Source: Sphingomonadaceae bacterium
GTDB lineage: Bacteria; Chloroflexota; UBA6077
NCBI GenBank assembly: GCA_050261575.1
Contig: JBLNDL010000063.1
Span: 1-54,762, forward strand
Direction of reading: 5' to 3'
Length of the DNA: 54,762 bases
This document shows positions 23,592 to 32,050 of this stretch, piece by piece. A program made the translations under genes and the position numbers. Within the stretch, counting starts at the first letter, position 1. Each line of letters begins with the position of its first letter. Under the pieces are notes generated by a model. The model worked only from the letters and a program-made list of their open reading frames with translations, searched no databases and was not told the origin of the DNA.

Positions 23592-24761
23592 TTACCGGTA
23601 CTGCATCGCGAGTTCCGCGTAGACCTCCGCGGCGGCTGCAACCTCCTCGACGTCTACCCACTCGTCGGATGTGTGAGCCTGGGAGATGTCGCCGGGGCCC
23701 AACACGACGCACGGAATCCCTCCGGCCACCAGTTCGCTCGCGTCGGTGCCGTATGCCGCGCCGGCCGGCGCGGCCCTGCCGAGGATATGCCTGCACGCCT
23801 CCAGGGCGGCTTGGACGATTGGGGCGTCCACGGGGGTATCCAGACCCCGATACTCCTTCAAGATGGCGGCGACTTCGGCACGTATCCAGGGCCGGTCTTG
23901 GCGCAGGCCTGCGACGAATGCACGCAGCCTGTCCGCCGCCCGGGCGGGCTCCTCCTCGGGCAGGGTCCGCATGTCCACGTCGATGCTGCACTCGGACGGC
24001 ACCACGTTGATCTGTACCCCCCCGGAGATGCAGCTAACGCTGAGGGTGGCCGGCCCGCACAAGGGATGCCGACGCTCGGCCAGTTGGGCTTCCACTCGTT
24101 CCCGCAGCGCCTGGATCAGATCCACCATCTGGTAGATGGCGTTGTCGCCCAGTTCCGGGCGGGAGCTGTGGGCGCTCCGCCCGCGAGTGACGAGCCTAGC
24201 TCTCAGCCCGCCCTTGTGGGCGACCACAGGCTGCAATCCAGTCGGCTCGAACACCACGGCCGCGTCTGCCCTGCCTCCTCCCTCGACGAACGCCCGCGAT
24301 CCTGTGAACCCTATTTCCTCGTCCATGGCTCCGAGGAAGAGCAGGTCGGCCGGCAGCCGATCTCGGTGGGGTGCAAGCAGCTCCAGTGCGTGGAGGAAGG
24401 CCGCCGCGGAGCCCTTGACGTCGCAGGCGCCACGGCCGCGCAGGCGGCTGCCCTCCAGTCGAGGCGTTAGTCCGTCCGGCATGTTGGCAACCGTCACGGT
24501 GTCCATATGGCACTCGAACAGCAGCCTCCGGCCCGGATTGCCCGTCCTCAGATGGGCCAGGAGATTCGGCCTGCCTGGCATCACCTCATCCATCGATGTC
24601 TCGAAGCCGAGCCTCTGGAGGTGGCCTGCCAGATGCCTGGCCAGCTCGACCTCGCCCGGCCCACCACCCTCGACCGCTGGATTCACGCTGTTGATGGCGA
24701 CTAGCTCGCTCAGCAGTTGGACCACTCGCCGGCGGTTGGCGCGCCCCTTGAAGCCGATCAT
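23592..24761 (-). CDS. M20 family metallopeptidase/deacylase, ArgE/DapE-like
   Basis: HMDTV, GRGACDVKG, DEE, EPT, AHSSRPELG, AHTSDEWV. Confidence 0.93.
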   Translation of the reverse strand: MIGFKGRANRRRVVQLLSELVAINSVNPAVEGGGPGEVELARHLAGHLQRLGFETSMDEVMPGRPNLLAHLRTGNPGRRLLFECHMDTVTVANMPDGLTPRLEGSRLRGRGACDVKGSAAAFLHALELLAPHRDRLPADLLFLGAMDEEIGFTGSRAFVEGGGRADAAVVFEPTGLQPVVAHKGGLRARLVTRGRSAHSSRPELGDNAIYQMVDLIQALRERVEAQLAERRHPLCGPATLSVSCISGGVQINVVPSECSIDVDMRTLPEEEPARAADRLRAFVAGLRQDRPWIRAEVAAILKEYRGLDTPVDAPIVQAALEACRHILGRAAPAGAAYGTDASELVAGGIPCVVLGPGDISQAHTSDEWVDVEEVAAAAEVYAELAMQYR

Positions 24762-24881
24762 CCTCACTCCTCCTGCGCCGCGTGGTGTCGTCGCGCGCCC
24801 GGTCCCATCGAGGCGCGATCGCTTTCCCCACAGCCATTATAGATATGGTTGATGGAGGAGTGTACGGGGGGAGTGAAGCGC

Positions 24882-25067
24882 CTACGCGGCCGGGCGGGAG
24901 GATGCTCGCAGCAGGGAGAGCACCTTCCTCCGTCGCTTCATCTGACCGGCGATGGTGTGGCTTGGCTCTGGGCGGTGGAGGGTCTTGCGCAGCCTTTCCG
25001 TCGCCTTCTTCTGCTGCTTCTCCGTGATTGCCTCTTGTACCAGGCGTTCGATCGTGGGCTCTTCCAT
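24882..25067 (-). CDS. small basic protein (61 aa), possible divergent bS21 paralogue
   Basis: AAGGAG RBS before ATG; MEEPTIERLV...LRKTLHRPEPS...KRRRK; last gene of the BON-BCAM0308-HPF run. Confidence 0.7.
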   Translation of the reverse strand: MEEPTIERLVQEAITEKQQKKATERLRKTLHRPEPSHTIAGQMKRRRKVLSLLRASSRPAA

Positions 25068-25179
25068 AGCTCTCCTTGCGATTGGTGGAGTATGGCAGGG
25101 CCTGGCGTCCTGCGCCAGGTCCCTTGGCTTCGACGGCGGGGCATGAGGCCCCGCCCTGCGCTTCGGGGATGAGTGTGCC

Positions 25180-25635
25180 CTACGCCGCCTTCTCGGCGGG
25201 ACCTTCTCGGTGGGCTTGCTGCTCGGTGCGGCTGCGCACCTCTTCCTGGATGTCCAGCAGCTCGTCGACGTCGACGGGAACGGTGCGCCGGACCGTCTCG
25301 CTCGGGTGGCTGAGCCGCTTCCAGTGGGTTTCGTTTCGCTTGTCGGAAAGGAGGTGCTGGACTTGCCTCTCCAGCTCGGCCGCCACATTGACGAGGCCGC
25401 TCTCCAGGGTCTCCGCGTTCGCGCTGGCGAAGAACCGGTCGCCGGGGAGTTCCAGCACCACTCTGACGTTGTAGAACAGGTCGGTCACCGGTAGGCGGAT
25501 CAGCCGGACAGCGGCCATAACCGAATCGGACGGGTAGTCCTGGAGAAGGTGGTTCAGCAGCCCCAGCTTCTCGCGCACCAGCGCCTGCACCGCATCGGTG
25601 AGGTCCAGATCCTTGACGTGGATTTGAAAGTACAT
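25180..25635 (-). CDS. HPF/RaiA (ribosome hibernation factor) family protein with C-terminal extension
   Basis: IHVKDLDLTDAVQALVREKL, LELPG..FFASANAETLESGL...LERQV. Confidence 0.85.
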   Translation of the reverse strand: MYFQIHVKDLDLTDAVQALVREKLGLLNHLLQDYPSDSVMAAVRLIRLPVTDLFYNVRVVLELPGDRFFASANAETLESGLVNVAAELERQVQHLLSDKRNETHWKRLSHPSETVRRTVPVDVDELLDIQEEVRSRTEQQAHREGPAEKAA

Positions 25636-25678
25636 GGCGCCCCCTTTCTCCCTTACCCTCTGGGAGGAGGTTCGATTG

Positions 25679-26260
25679 TCAGTCGCGTGCCCATCTCACC
25701 CGTGTGAAGGTCTCGAAGGGCAGCCGCTGCACCGTTAGCCTGCCCTTGAAGGCGCTTCTGAGCCCGCTCCCTATCCGTCGCGCCAGCGCCTGGCTGGTGG
25801 TGAGGATGTAGATGTAGTCTTCTCTGTCGTGAACGGCGGCAAGCCGGGCCGTGGGATTCGTGGCGCGCGCACGCTTCTCCTCGTTGCGCACCCAGTTCAG
25901 CACCTCCTCCTTGTGGTCCTGCATCCACTTCCCCCGAAGCACCACCTCTCCGTCGTACATCTGGCGCTGGATCCGCTGGTCGGCCGGGCACAACTCCACC
26001 CGCACGTTGGGGTCGTGCCGGAGGCGCCGGTACTCCTCCTCGTCCAGATGCCAGAGCTTGCCGTCGGAGATGGCGTGGCACACCGGGCAGATCGTCCGGC
26101 GGGGCGCGGCATTGGGGCCTTCGAACCCCTTGGCTGGGTAGTTCCACTTCTGCGTCTCGCCTTCCACCGGCCACTGGGCCTCGTGCCAGGTTGGCTCAAC
26201 TCGCCCCGGCAGGATCGGCCGGGTCCCCGACTTGACCGCGGGGGTGCGAACTCTACGCAT
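25679..26260 (-). CDS. BCAM0308-family zinc-ribbon protein
   Basis: CPVCHAI..GKLW, CPADQRI, GEVVLRG, NPTARL, TTSQALARRIG, RVRW. Confidence 0.8.
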   Translation of the reverse strand: MRRVRTPAVKSGTRPILPGRVEPTWHEAQWPVEGETQKWNYPAKGFEGPNAAPRRTICPVCHAISDGKLWHLDEEEYRRLRHDPNVRVELCPADQRIQRQMYDGEVVLRGKWMQDHKEEVLNWVRNEEKRARATNPTARLAAVHDREDYIYILTTSQALARRIGSGLRSAFKGRLTVQRLPFETFTRVRWARD

Positions 26261-26263
26261 GTC

Positions 26264-27106
26264 TTACCTCCCCGTCGAGAGATGGGTTCTGGCCTGGAAA
26301 TCGCGGAACAGGGTGTGGTCCACCTCCAGGTGGGCTCGAACGGCGCGGATACCGGCGATGTCGCTGAGGATGCGACGTATCCGCCGGGCGTCGGCGAGGG
26401 ACTGGACCTTGCCGTTGATCTCGACCGCTCCGTCGACGACGCGCATCTCCTGATCCATCACCACGATGTCGTTCGTAGCCAGGGCCTGGGAGGCCAGGCT
26501 GAACAGGTCGATGTCGTCCGTGTACTCGGGCATGGCAACCTTGATGTTGGAGACCACACCGCGTATCCCCTTGACGTCGGCGGCCGTTCGGACGGCGCGC
26601 TCCTGGTCGGACAGCTTCTGTGCGGTCCCCATCAACCGGGCTATGCCGTGGGAGACTCGGGATCCGACCCACTCGAAGCCGGAGGAGTCCAGCCGCGCCC
26701 GCACCTTCTCGTCGAGGTCTTCGTCGCTGAGGTAGCCGTCCGCCGCCACGGTGAGGGCATTCTGGACCAGCTCGACGCCCGGGATCGACTCCACCAGTTC
26801 CTCTGCGTCCATCTTCTGGCCCGCGCAATCCACCACGCCGGAGAGGATGGCGATGCGACCCTCGGTCTTGACGGTTATCCGGTCGTCCAGCCCGTCGCCC
26901 AGATCCACCCGGCCGTCCGCGGCCAGGGCAATGAGTGCCTGACCGGAGATCTCCTGATCCGCCAGGCTGCTACCTACCTTGCGGTCGGCCAGCCGTCGAT
27001 CGTCCAGGCTTCCTCGCTCATCGGGCTCGTGGAGGGTGGTGTCGGTGGGAGGGTAGGGTTCCCGTGCGAGTGCATCCTTCTCGTACTCTCGTGGTGACTC
27101 CATCAT
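26264..27106 (-). CDS. triple BON-domain protein
   Basis: Three BON-like repeats (LSGVVD...IPGVELVQNAL; GIRGVVSNI; GIRAVRAHL). Confidence 0.88.
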   Translation of the reverse strand: MMESPREYEKDALAREPYPPTDTTLHEPDERGSLDDRRLADRKVGSSLADQEISGQALIALAADGRVDLGDGLDDRITVKTEGRIAILSGVVDCAGQKMDAEELVESIPGVELVQNALTVAADGYLSDEDLDEKVRARLDSSGFEWVGSRVSHGIARLMGTAQKLSDQERAVRTAADVKGIRGVVSNIKVAMPEYTDDIDLFSLASQALATNDIVVMDQEMRVVDGAVEINGKVQSLADARRIRRILSDIAGIRAVRAHLEVDHTLFRDFQARTHLSTGR

Positions 27107-27141
27107 CTGGCCTCCTTGCCGCGAACGGATTCACCGGACCG

Positions 27142-27157
27142 CGCAAGATCTGTACCG
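27142..27157 (-). promoter_or_regulatory. sigma54 promoter of the BON-BCAM0308-HPF operon
   Basis: Minus strand CGGTACAGATCTTGCG, 36 nt before ATG. Confidence 0.7.
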
Positions 27158-27207
27158 GGTGGGCGCGGCCCGGGTATGGGCCATCGTGGGGCAAGGGGGT
27201 ATGAAAC

Positions 27208-27231
27208 AGGGGCGCTCACCCGAGCGCCCCT
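27208..27231 (-). terminator. probable intrinsic terminator of the pdh operon
   Basis: AGGGGCGCTC-ACCC-GAGCGCCCCT hairpin with short T runs on both strands. Confidence 0.55.
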
Positions 27232-27278
27232 TTGATATGTGAACCCGGCTGATCGCCGGGGGTTGTCCGATCCGGCTA

Positions 27279-27346
27279 AGCACGTATCTCCAGGTCGAGT
27301 ACACGTTTCCCGCTATAAGAGTCGACATGAACTAGAGATACCTGCT
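27279..27346 (+). repeat. 68-bp MITE/REP-like element, copy 2
   Basis: AGCACGTATCTC...GTCGACATGAACTAGAGATACCTGCT, abuts the pdhC stop. Confidence 0.85.
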
Positions 27347-28701
27347 TAGAGGAGCAGTTGGGCGGGGCTTTCCAGCAGTCGACGAAGCTCGCCCAGGTAT
27401 CGGGCGGCGTCGGCGCCGTTGGCCACCCGATGGTCCGCCGAGAGGGTGGCCTTCATCGTGTTGGATACCGTCAGCACCCCCTCGCGCACCACAGGGCGCA
27501 GGGCCACCGTCCCAACAGCCAGGATGGCAGCCTGAGGTGGGTTGATGATGGCGGCGAACTCCTCCACGCCCAGCATACCCATGTTGGTCACGGTGAATGT
27601 GCCGCCGGTGTAGTCTTCCTGCCGAAGGGTGCCCTTGCGGGTCCGTGCCACCAGATCCCGCGATTCCTTCGCAATCTGCATCAGTGGCTTGCGGTCGCAC
27701 TCCCGGATCACCGGGGCGATCAATCCGTCCTCCAACGCGACAGCCATGCCCAGGTTGATCTGCTGGTAGAGGTTCCGCTGCCCCTCGGTGTAGTAGCTGT
27801 TCAGGATTGGGAACTTGGTCAGTGCCATGGCGGCTGCCTTCATGATGAAGTCGTTGAAGGAGAGCCTCTCCTCCTCGGGCATCACCTGGTTCAACTCCTC
27901 CCGCAGTTGGGCAACCCGCTCCATGTCGATCTCGACGGTGGTGTAGAAGTGGGGGATGCTCCGCTTGCTCTCGGCCATGTGCCGGGCGACGGCTTGGCCC
28001 ATCCTGGAGAGCGGTTGGGCCTGCGTCGGCACCCCTTCGGGTGGAACGATGGGCGGTGCCTCAGGGGCGGGGGCGGGCGCAGCAGCGGGCTGGGGCGCTG
28101 CCGGAGGTGCGGGCGCGGGGCGCTCGGCCGCAGGTGGTCGCGCGGGGGCTTCCCTCTCCGGGGCACGCTGGCGGCGCGCCACCTCGGTGAGGAATCGCTC
28201 CACGTCCTCCTTGGTGATTCGGCCGCCTGGGCCCGTACCCGGGACCTGGGTGAGCTCGACCCCTTGCTCCTCGGCGATCCGGCGAGCCACCGGGGACGCC
28301 TTGACCCGCTCCGCCGCCGTGGTGGGTGCGGGCGCTGGGGCTGCCTCGATGGGCGGGACTTGGCCGGTAACCTCCTCGGGGGCTGCCTCCGCCCCCTCGC
28401 CGGCGCCTACCTCCTGTTTGGGGAGGATCTCCGAGGGGGGAACCTCTGCCGGCCTCTCGCCGGGCTCTCCGATCTCGGCGATCGGCTGGCCGACCGGCAC
28501 CGTCTCACCCTCCGGAACGAGGATCCTCAGCAGCGTCCCCCAGGCGAAAGCCTCGATCTGAATGTTCACCTTCTCGGTCTCGATCTCGGCTATCGGCTCC
28601 CCCTTCTGTACCTTGTCCCCCTCGCGCTTGAGCCAGCGGACGATCTTCCCCTGGGTCATGTCGTAGCCCATCTTGGGCATGACTACAGTAGTGGCGGGCA
28701 C
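27346..28701 (-). CDS. pdhC: dihydrolipoamide acetyltransferase (E2)
   Basis: Lipoyl domain EIETEKVN, E3-binding GTGPGGRITKED, catalytic DHRVANG. Confidence 0.95.
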   Translation of the reverse strand: MPATTVVMPKMGYDMTQGKIVRWLKREGDKVQKGEPIAEIETEKVNIQIEAFAWGTLLRILVPEGETVPVGQPIAEIGEPGERPAEVPPSEILPKQEVGAGEGAEAAPEEVTGQVPPIEAAPAPAPTTAAERVKASPVARRIAEEQGVELTQVPGTGPGGRITKEDVERFLTEVARRQRAPEREAPARPPAAERPAPAPPAAPQPAAAPAPAPEAPPIVPPEGVPTQAQPLSRMGQAVARHMAESKRSIPHFYTTVEIDMERVAQLREELNQVMPEEERLSFNDFIMKAAAMALTKFPILNSYYTEGQRNLYQQINLGMAVALEDGLIAPVIRECDRKPLMQIAKESRDLVARTRKGTLRQEDYTGGTFTVTNMGMLGVEEFAAIINPPQAAILAVGTVALRPVVREGVLTVSNTMKATLSADHRVANGADAARYLGELRRLLESPAQLLL

Positions 28702-28770
28702 CGAAATCCCTCCTTACGAGCTGCCAGCTCGCTCAGCATGGCAATCCACTGACCGCTGAAGGCCGACAGC

Positions 28771-29748
28771 CTATCCGCTCATCAGTTCTTTGACGGCCTG
28801 GACGATATCCTCCTCGTCCGGGATCGCCTGCCTCTCCAGTTTCCGGTTGTAGGCGATGGGAACCTCCGGGGCCGCCACTCGTTTGACGGGCGCGTCCAGA
28901 TAGTCGAAGGCTCTCTCGTGGATGCGGCTGGAGATCTCGGCTCCCATGCCGCAGCTTCGCCAGCCCTCCTCGGCCACCACGGCACGGTTGGTGCGCCGGA
29001 CCGATTCCAGCACCGACTCCATGTCGATCGGTCGGAGGCAGCGCAGGTCGATGACCTCGGCCTCGATCCCGTCGTTTGCGAGGCGCTCGGCGGCCCGCAG
29101 GGCGGCGATGGCCATGCGAGAGTAGGAGACGATGGTCACGTCTCGCCCCGAGCGCATCACCTGGGACTTGCCCAACTCCACGACGGCGTCGCCGCCGTCG
29201 GGCACCTCTCCTCGCATGCTGTAGAGGAGGCTGTGCTCCAGGAACACCACCGGGTTGGGGTCTCGGATCGACGCCTTCAGCATCCCTTTGGCGTCCTTGG
29301 GGGTCGATGGGGCCACCACGACCAACCCGGGAACGTAGGCAAAGTAGCTGTCGAAGGTCTGCGAGTGGGTTGGGCCTAGCTGCCCCCAGCCAGAAGCCGT
29401 GCGAATCACCATGGGAGCGGTGACCTGCCCGCCAAACATGAAGTGCAGCTTGGCCGCATGGTTGACGATCTGGTCCAGCGCCAACAGGGAGAAGTTGACG
29501 GTCATCAACTCGGCCACTGGCCGAAGCCCGGCCATGGCTGCCCCAATGGCCGCGCCGACTATGGCGGACTCGGCGATGGGTGTGTCGCGAACCCGCTTCT
29601 CGCCGAACTCCTCGACCAGCCCCTTGGTCACCGCATAGGTGCCGCCGTAGGCAGCCACGTCCTCGCCCATGATGAAGACTCGATCGTCCCGGCGCATCTC
29701 CTCCTGGAGCGCCTGTCGTAGTGCCTCGCGGTATGTGAGATCGGGCAT
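28771..29748 (-). CDS. pdhB: pyruvate dehydrogenase E1 beta subunit
   Basis: GEDVAAYGG, DTPIAES, HSQ, EVIDLR. Confidence 0.95.
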   Translation of the reverse strand: MPDLTYREALRQALQEEMRRDDRVFIMGEDVAAYGGTYAVTKGLVEEFGEKRVRDTPIAESAIVGAAIGAAMAGLRPVAELMTVNFSLLALDQIVNHAAKLHFMFGGQVTAPMVIRTASGWGQLGPTHSQTFDSYFAYVPGLVVVAPSTPKDAKGMLKASIRDPNPVVFLEHSLLYSMRGEVPDGGDAVVELGKSQVMRSGRDVTIVSYSRMAIAALRAAERLANDGIEAEVIDLRCLRPIDMESVLESVRRTNRAVVAEEGWRSCGMGAEISSRIHERAFDYLDAPVKRVAAPEVPIAYNRKLERQAIPDEEDIVQAVKELMSG

Positions 29749-29750
29749 GG

Positions 29751-30755
29751 CTACCTCCCCGCCCCCACGTACTCGGGAGGGCCAACCTCCTGGCCCTCGG
29801 GTCCCGCGTAGACGTCCTCACAGATGGCCGAGTCGGGGGGATCCGGGCTCCGCTCCGCGAAGTCGACGGACTCCTGGACCACCTGGTCCACCTGGCGGGA
29901 GATCGCCTCCGCCTGCTCGGGGGTGAGGAATCCACCCAACTCCAGGCTGGTCTCGAAGTGGCGGACCGGATCTCGCAGCTTCCAGGTCTCCACCTCCTCG
30001 TGGTGGCGGTACAGCTCCGGGTCCGCCATGGAGTGTCCCCGGTAGCGGTAGGTCATCGCCTCGACGATGCTGGGCCCCAGCCCGTCGCGTGCGTACTCCA
30101 GGGCGCCTGAGATCGCCTCCCTGACCAGCAGGACGTCCATCCCGTCCACCTGGCGGCTCGGCATCCCGTAGGCGCACCCCTTGGCGTGGATCGCCTTGAG
30201 CGCCGAGGCGCGGGCCAGGTGGGTGCCCATTCCATAGGAGTTGTTCTCCACCAAGAACACCACGGGCAGCCGCCAGAGCGCCGCCAGGTTCAGCGATTCG
30301 TGGAATTCCCCTATGTTGGTGGCACCCTCCCCCATGACGCACAGCACCGCCTGCTGGTTGTTCTGGTACTGGCATGCCAGGGCGATGCCGGTGGCCAAGG
30401 GCAAGTGGCCACCCACGATCGCGTAGCCGCCCCAGAAGTGGCGGCCGACGTCGGCGAGGTGCATGGACCCCCCCTTGCCCCTGGACACGCCCGTCTCCTT
30501 ACCGAATAGCTCTGCCATGACGGCTTTGGGGTCGGACCCCTTGGCCAGGGCGTAGCCGTGGTCCCGGTAGTGGGTCACCAGGTGATCCTCCGGGCGCATG
30601 GCAGACACGGCGCCGACGGCCACGGCCTCCTCCCCTATGTAGAGGTGGAGGAAGCCGCCGATCTTGCCGAGGGCGTACATCTCCGCTGCCTTCTCCTCGA
30701 AGCGGCGGATCAACAGCATCTGGTAGTACAGCTTGATCAGCTCATCCTGGTTCAT
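29751..30755 (-). CDS. pdhA: pyruvate dehydrogenase E1 alpha subunit
   Basis: GKIGGFLHLYIGEEA, GKGGSMH, GEGA...ENN TPP motif, TYRYRGHSMADP. Confidence 0.95.
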   Translation of the reverse strand: MNQDELIKLYYQMLLIRRFEEKAAEMYALGKIGGFLHLYIGEEAVAVGAVSAMRPEDHLVTHYRDHGYALAKGSDPKAVMAELFGKETGVSRGKGGSMHLADVGRHFWGGYAIVGGHLPLATGIALACQYQNNQQAVLCVMGEGATNIGEFHESLNLAALWRLPVVFLVENNSYGMGTHLARASALKAIHAKGCAYGMPSRQVDGMDVLLVREAISGALEYARDGLGPSIVEAMTYRYRGHSMADPELYRHHEEVETWKLRDPVRHFETSLELGGFLTPEQAEAISRQVDQVVQESVDFAERSPDPPDSAICEDVYAGPEGQEVGPPEYVGAGR

Positions 30756-30766
30756 CTTCGGTCCAA

Positions 30767-31177
30767 TTACAGCGCCAATTCGCGGCGCAATCTATCGGTC
30801 AACTCGGCGAGGCTGCCGATGCCGATCCAATGGATATCCCCGGCCGGTACCTTGTCCTCGATTGTCTCGGGTGCCATCACCAGCGCCACCTTCTCGATGA
30901 TCTGCACCCGCGGGTCAGACTCGGGAGTGTTCTGCTCTACCGCATCGTTGAAGTAGCTCTGGATGGCCTCGATTTCCTCCAGGAACTCGCCCTCCTTAGG
31001 GAAGACAAATACGCCGAACACGAGGAGCCGGCCCGACCTGAGCGCTGCCAACCCTGGCATGAAGTATGGGAATAGGATCTTGTCCTCGGTGACGATGTCG
31101 AAGCCATGCCCCTTGAGCAACTCAGTGGTGTTGTTCACGATCATCTGCAGGGTCTTGTCGATTTCCGTGTGCGACAT
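30767..31177 (-). CDS. hypothetical protein, possible degenerate PD-(D/E)XK-like fold
   Basis: GGAGG RBS, first gene of the pdh run; LLKGHGFDIV...PGLAALRSGRLLVFGV pattern. Confidence 0.75.
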   Translation of the reverse strand: MSHTEIDKTLQMIVNNTTELLKGHGFDIVTEDKILFPYFMPGLAALRSGRLLVFGVFVFPKEGEFLEEIEAIQSYFNDAVEQNTPESDPRVQIIEKVALVMAPETIEDKVPAGDIHWIGIGSLAELTDRLRRELAL

Positions 31178-31271
31178 CGGGATCCTCCAGCTCTAACCGC
31201 GTAAGGGCGGCCTGAGGTGCGTGCTGACTGCTGGAAGGGCTGTCCAGGGCGGCGCTCCAACCTGGTAGTAC

Positions 31272-31287
31272 CGCAAGGGTCGTGCCC
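31272..31287 (-). promoter_or_regulatory. sigma54 promoter of the hypothetical-pdhABC operon
   Basis: Minus strand GGGCACGACCCTTGCG. Confidence 0.7.
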
Positions 31288-31351
31288 AGGCCGCCCCTCG
31301 ACCTGCCCCGTGGCAACTCCTGCATAAACACGGCCCGCCGCGGCCCTCATT

Positions 31352-31367
31352 CGGTATCGATCTTGCT
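31352..31367 (+). promoter_or_regulatory. sigma54 promoter of hsp20
   Basis: CGGTATCGATCTTGCT. Confidence 0.7.
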
Positions 31368-31465
31368 GGACCCGACGGTAGGGATGCTGTTCCCCAGAGA
31401 GTGGGGGCGTGCTTGGTGGTTTCGGCCGCACCCACGTTCCCAAGTAACACGGAGGTTGAGAGGAG

Positions 31466-31957
31466 ATGTCAATCAGCAGGTACGATCCCTTGACCCGACT
31501 GATGACTCTGCGGGACGCCGTCGATAGGATATTCGATGAGGCGTTTGGCCGAACCGGCATCGCGCGGATGGCAACTGGCACACTCCCTATCGACATGTTC
31601 GAGCGGGACGACGAGTTGATCATTCAGGCCGCCGTCCCCGGCGCTCGTCCGGAGGACGTGGACATCAGCGTCACCAGCGATACCCTGACAATCAAGGCCA
31701 CCGTCCACACCGAGGCCGAGAAGGAGGAATCCAAGAACTGGAACTGGTACTTCCACGAGTTGGATCACGGCCAGGTCACCCGCACCGTTTCCCTCCCGTT
31801 CCAGGTTTCCTCCGATCAGGCCGACGCGCGATTCGAGAACGGCATGCTCCACTTGAGGCTGCCCAAGTCGAGGGAGGCGATGCCTCGTCGGATAAAGGTT
31901 CAGATGGGTTCGGGGCAGGCTCAGCAGATCGGGGTGACCCAACAGGGTGGCGACTAG
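31466..31957 (+). CDS. Hsp20/alpha-crystallin small heat-shock protein
   Basis: LPIDMFE, PGARPEDVDISV, ARFENGMLHLRLPK. Confidence 0.95.
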   Translation: MSISRYDPLTRLMTLRDAVDRIFDEAFGRTGIARMATGTLPIDMFERDDELIIQAAVPGARPEDVDISVTSDTLTIKATVHTEAEKEESKNWNWYFHELDHGQVTRTVSLPFQVSSDQADARFENGMLHLRLPKSREAMPRRIKVQMGSGQAQQIGVTQQGGD

Positions 31958-32003
31958 TAGTCCATGGGTGCGTAGCCAACCCGATGGACCGAGGGTATTG
32001 ACC

Positions 32004-32045
32004 CACCGAGACACGGAGGCGCAGGATCACCCCCGTGTCTCGGTG
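32004..32045. repeat. palindromic REP-like element
   Basis: CACCGAGACACGG / CCGTGTCTCGGTG 13-bp stem. Confidence 0.55.
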
Positions 32046-32050
32046 TCTCG

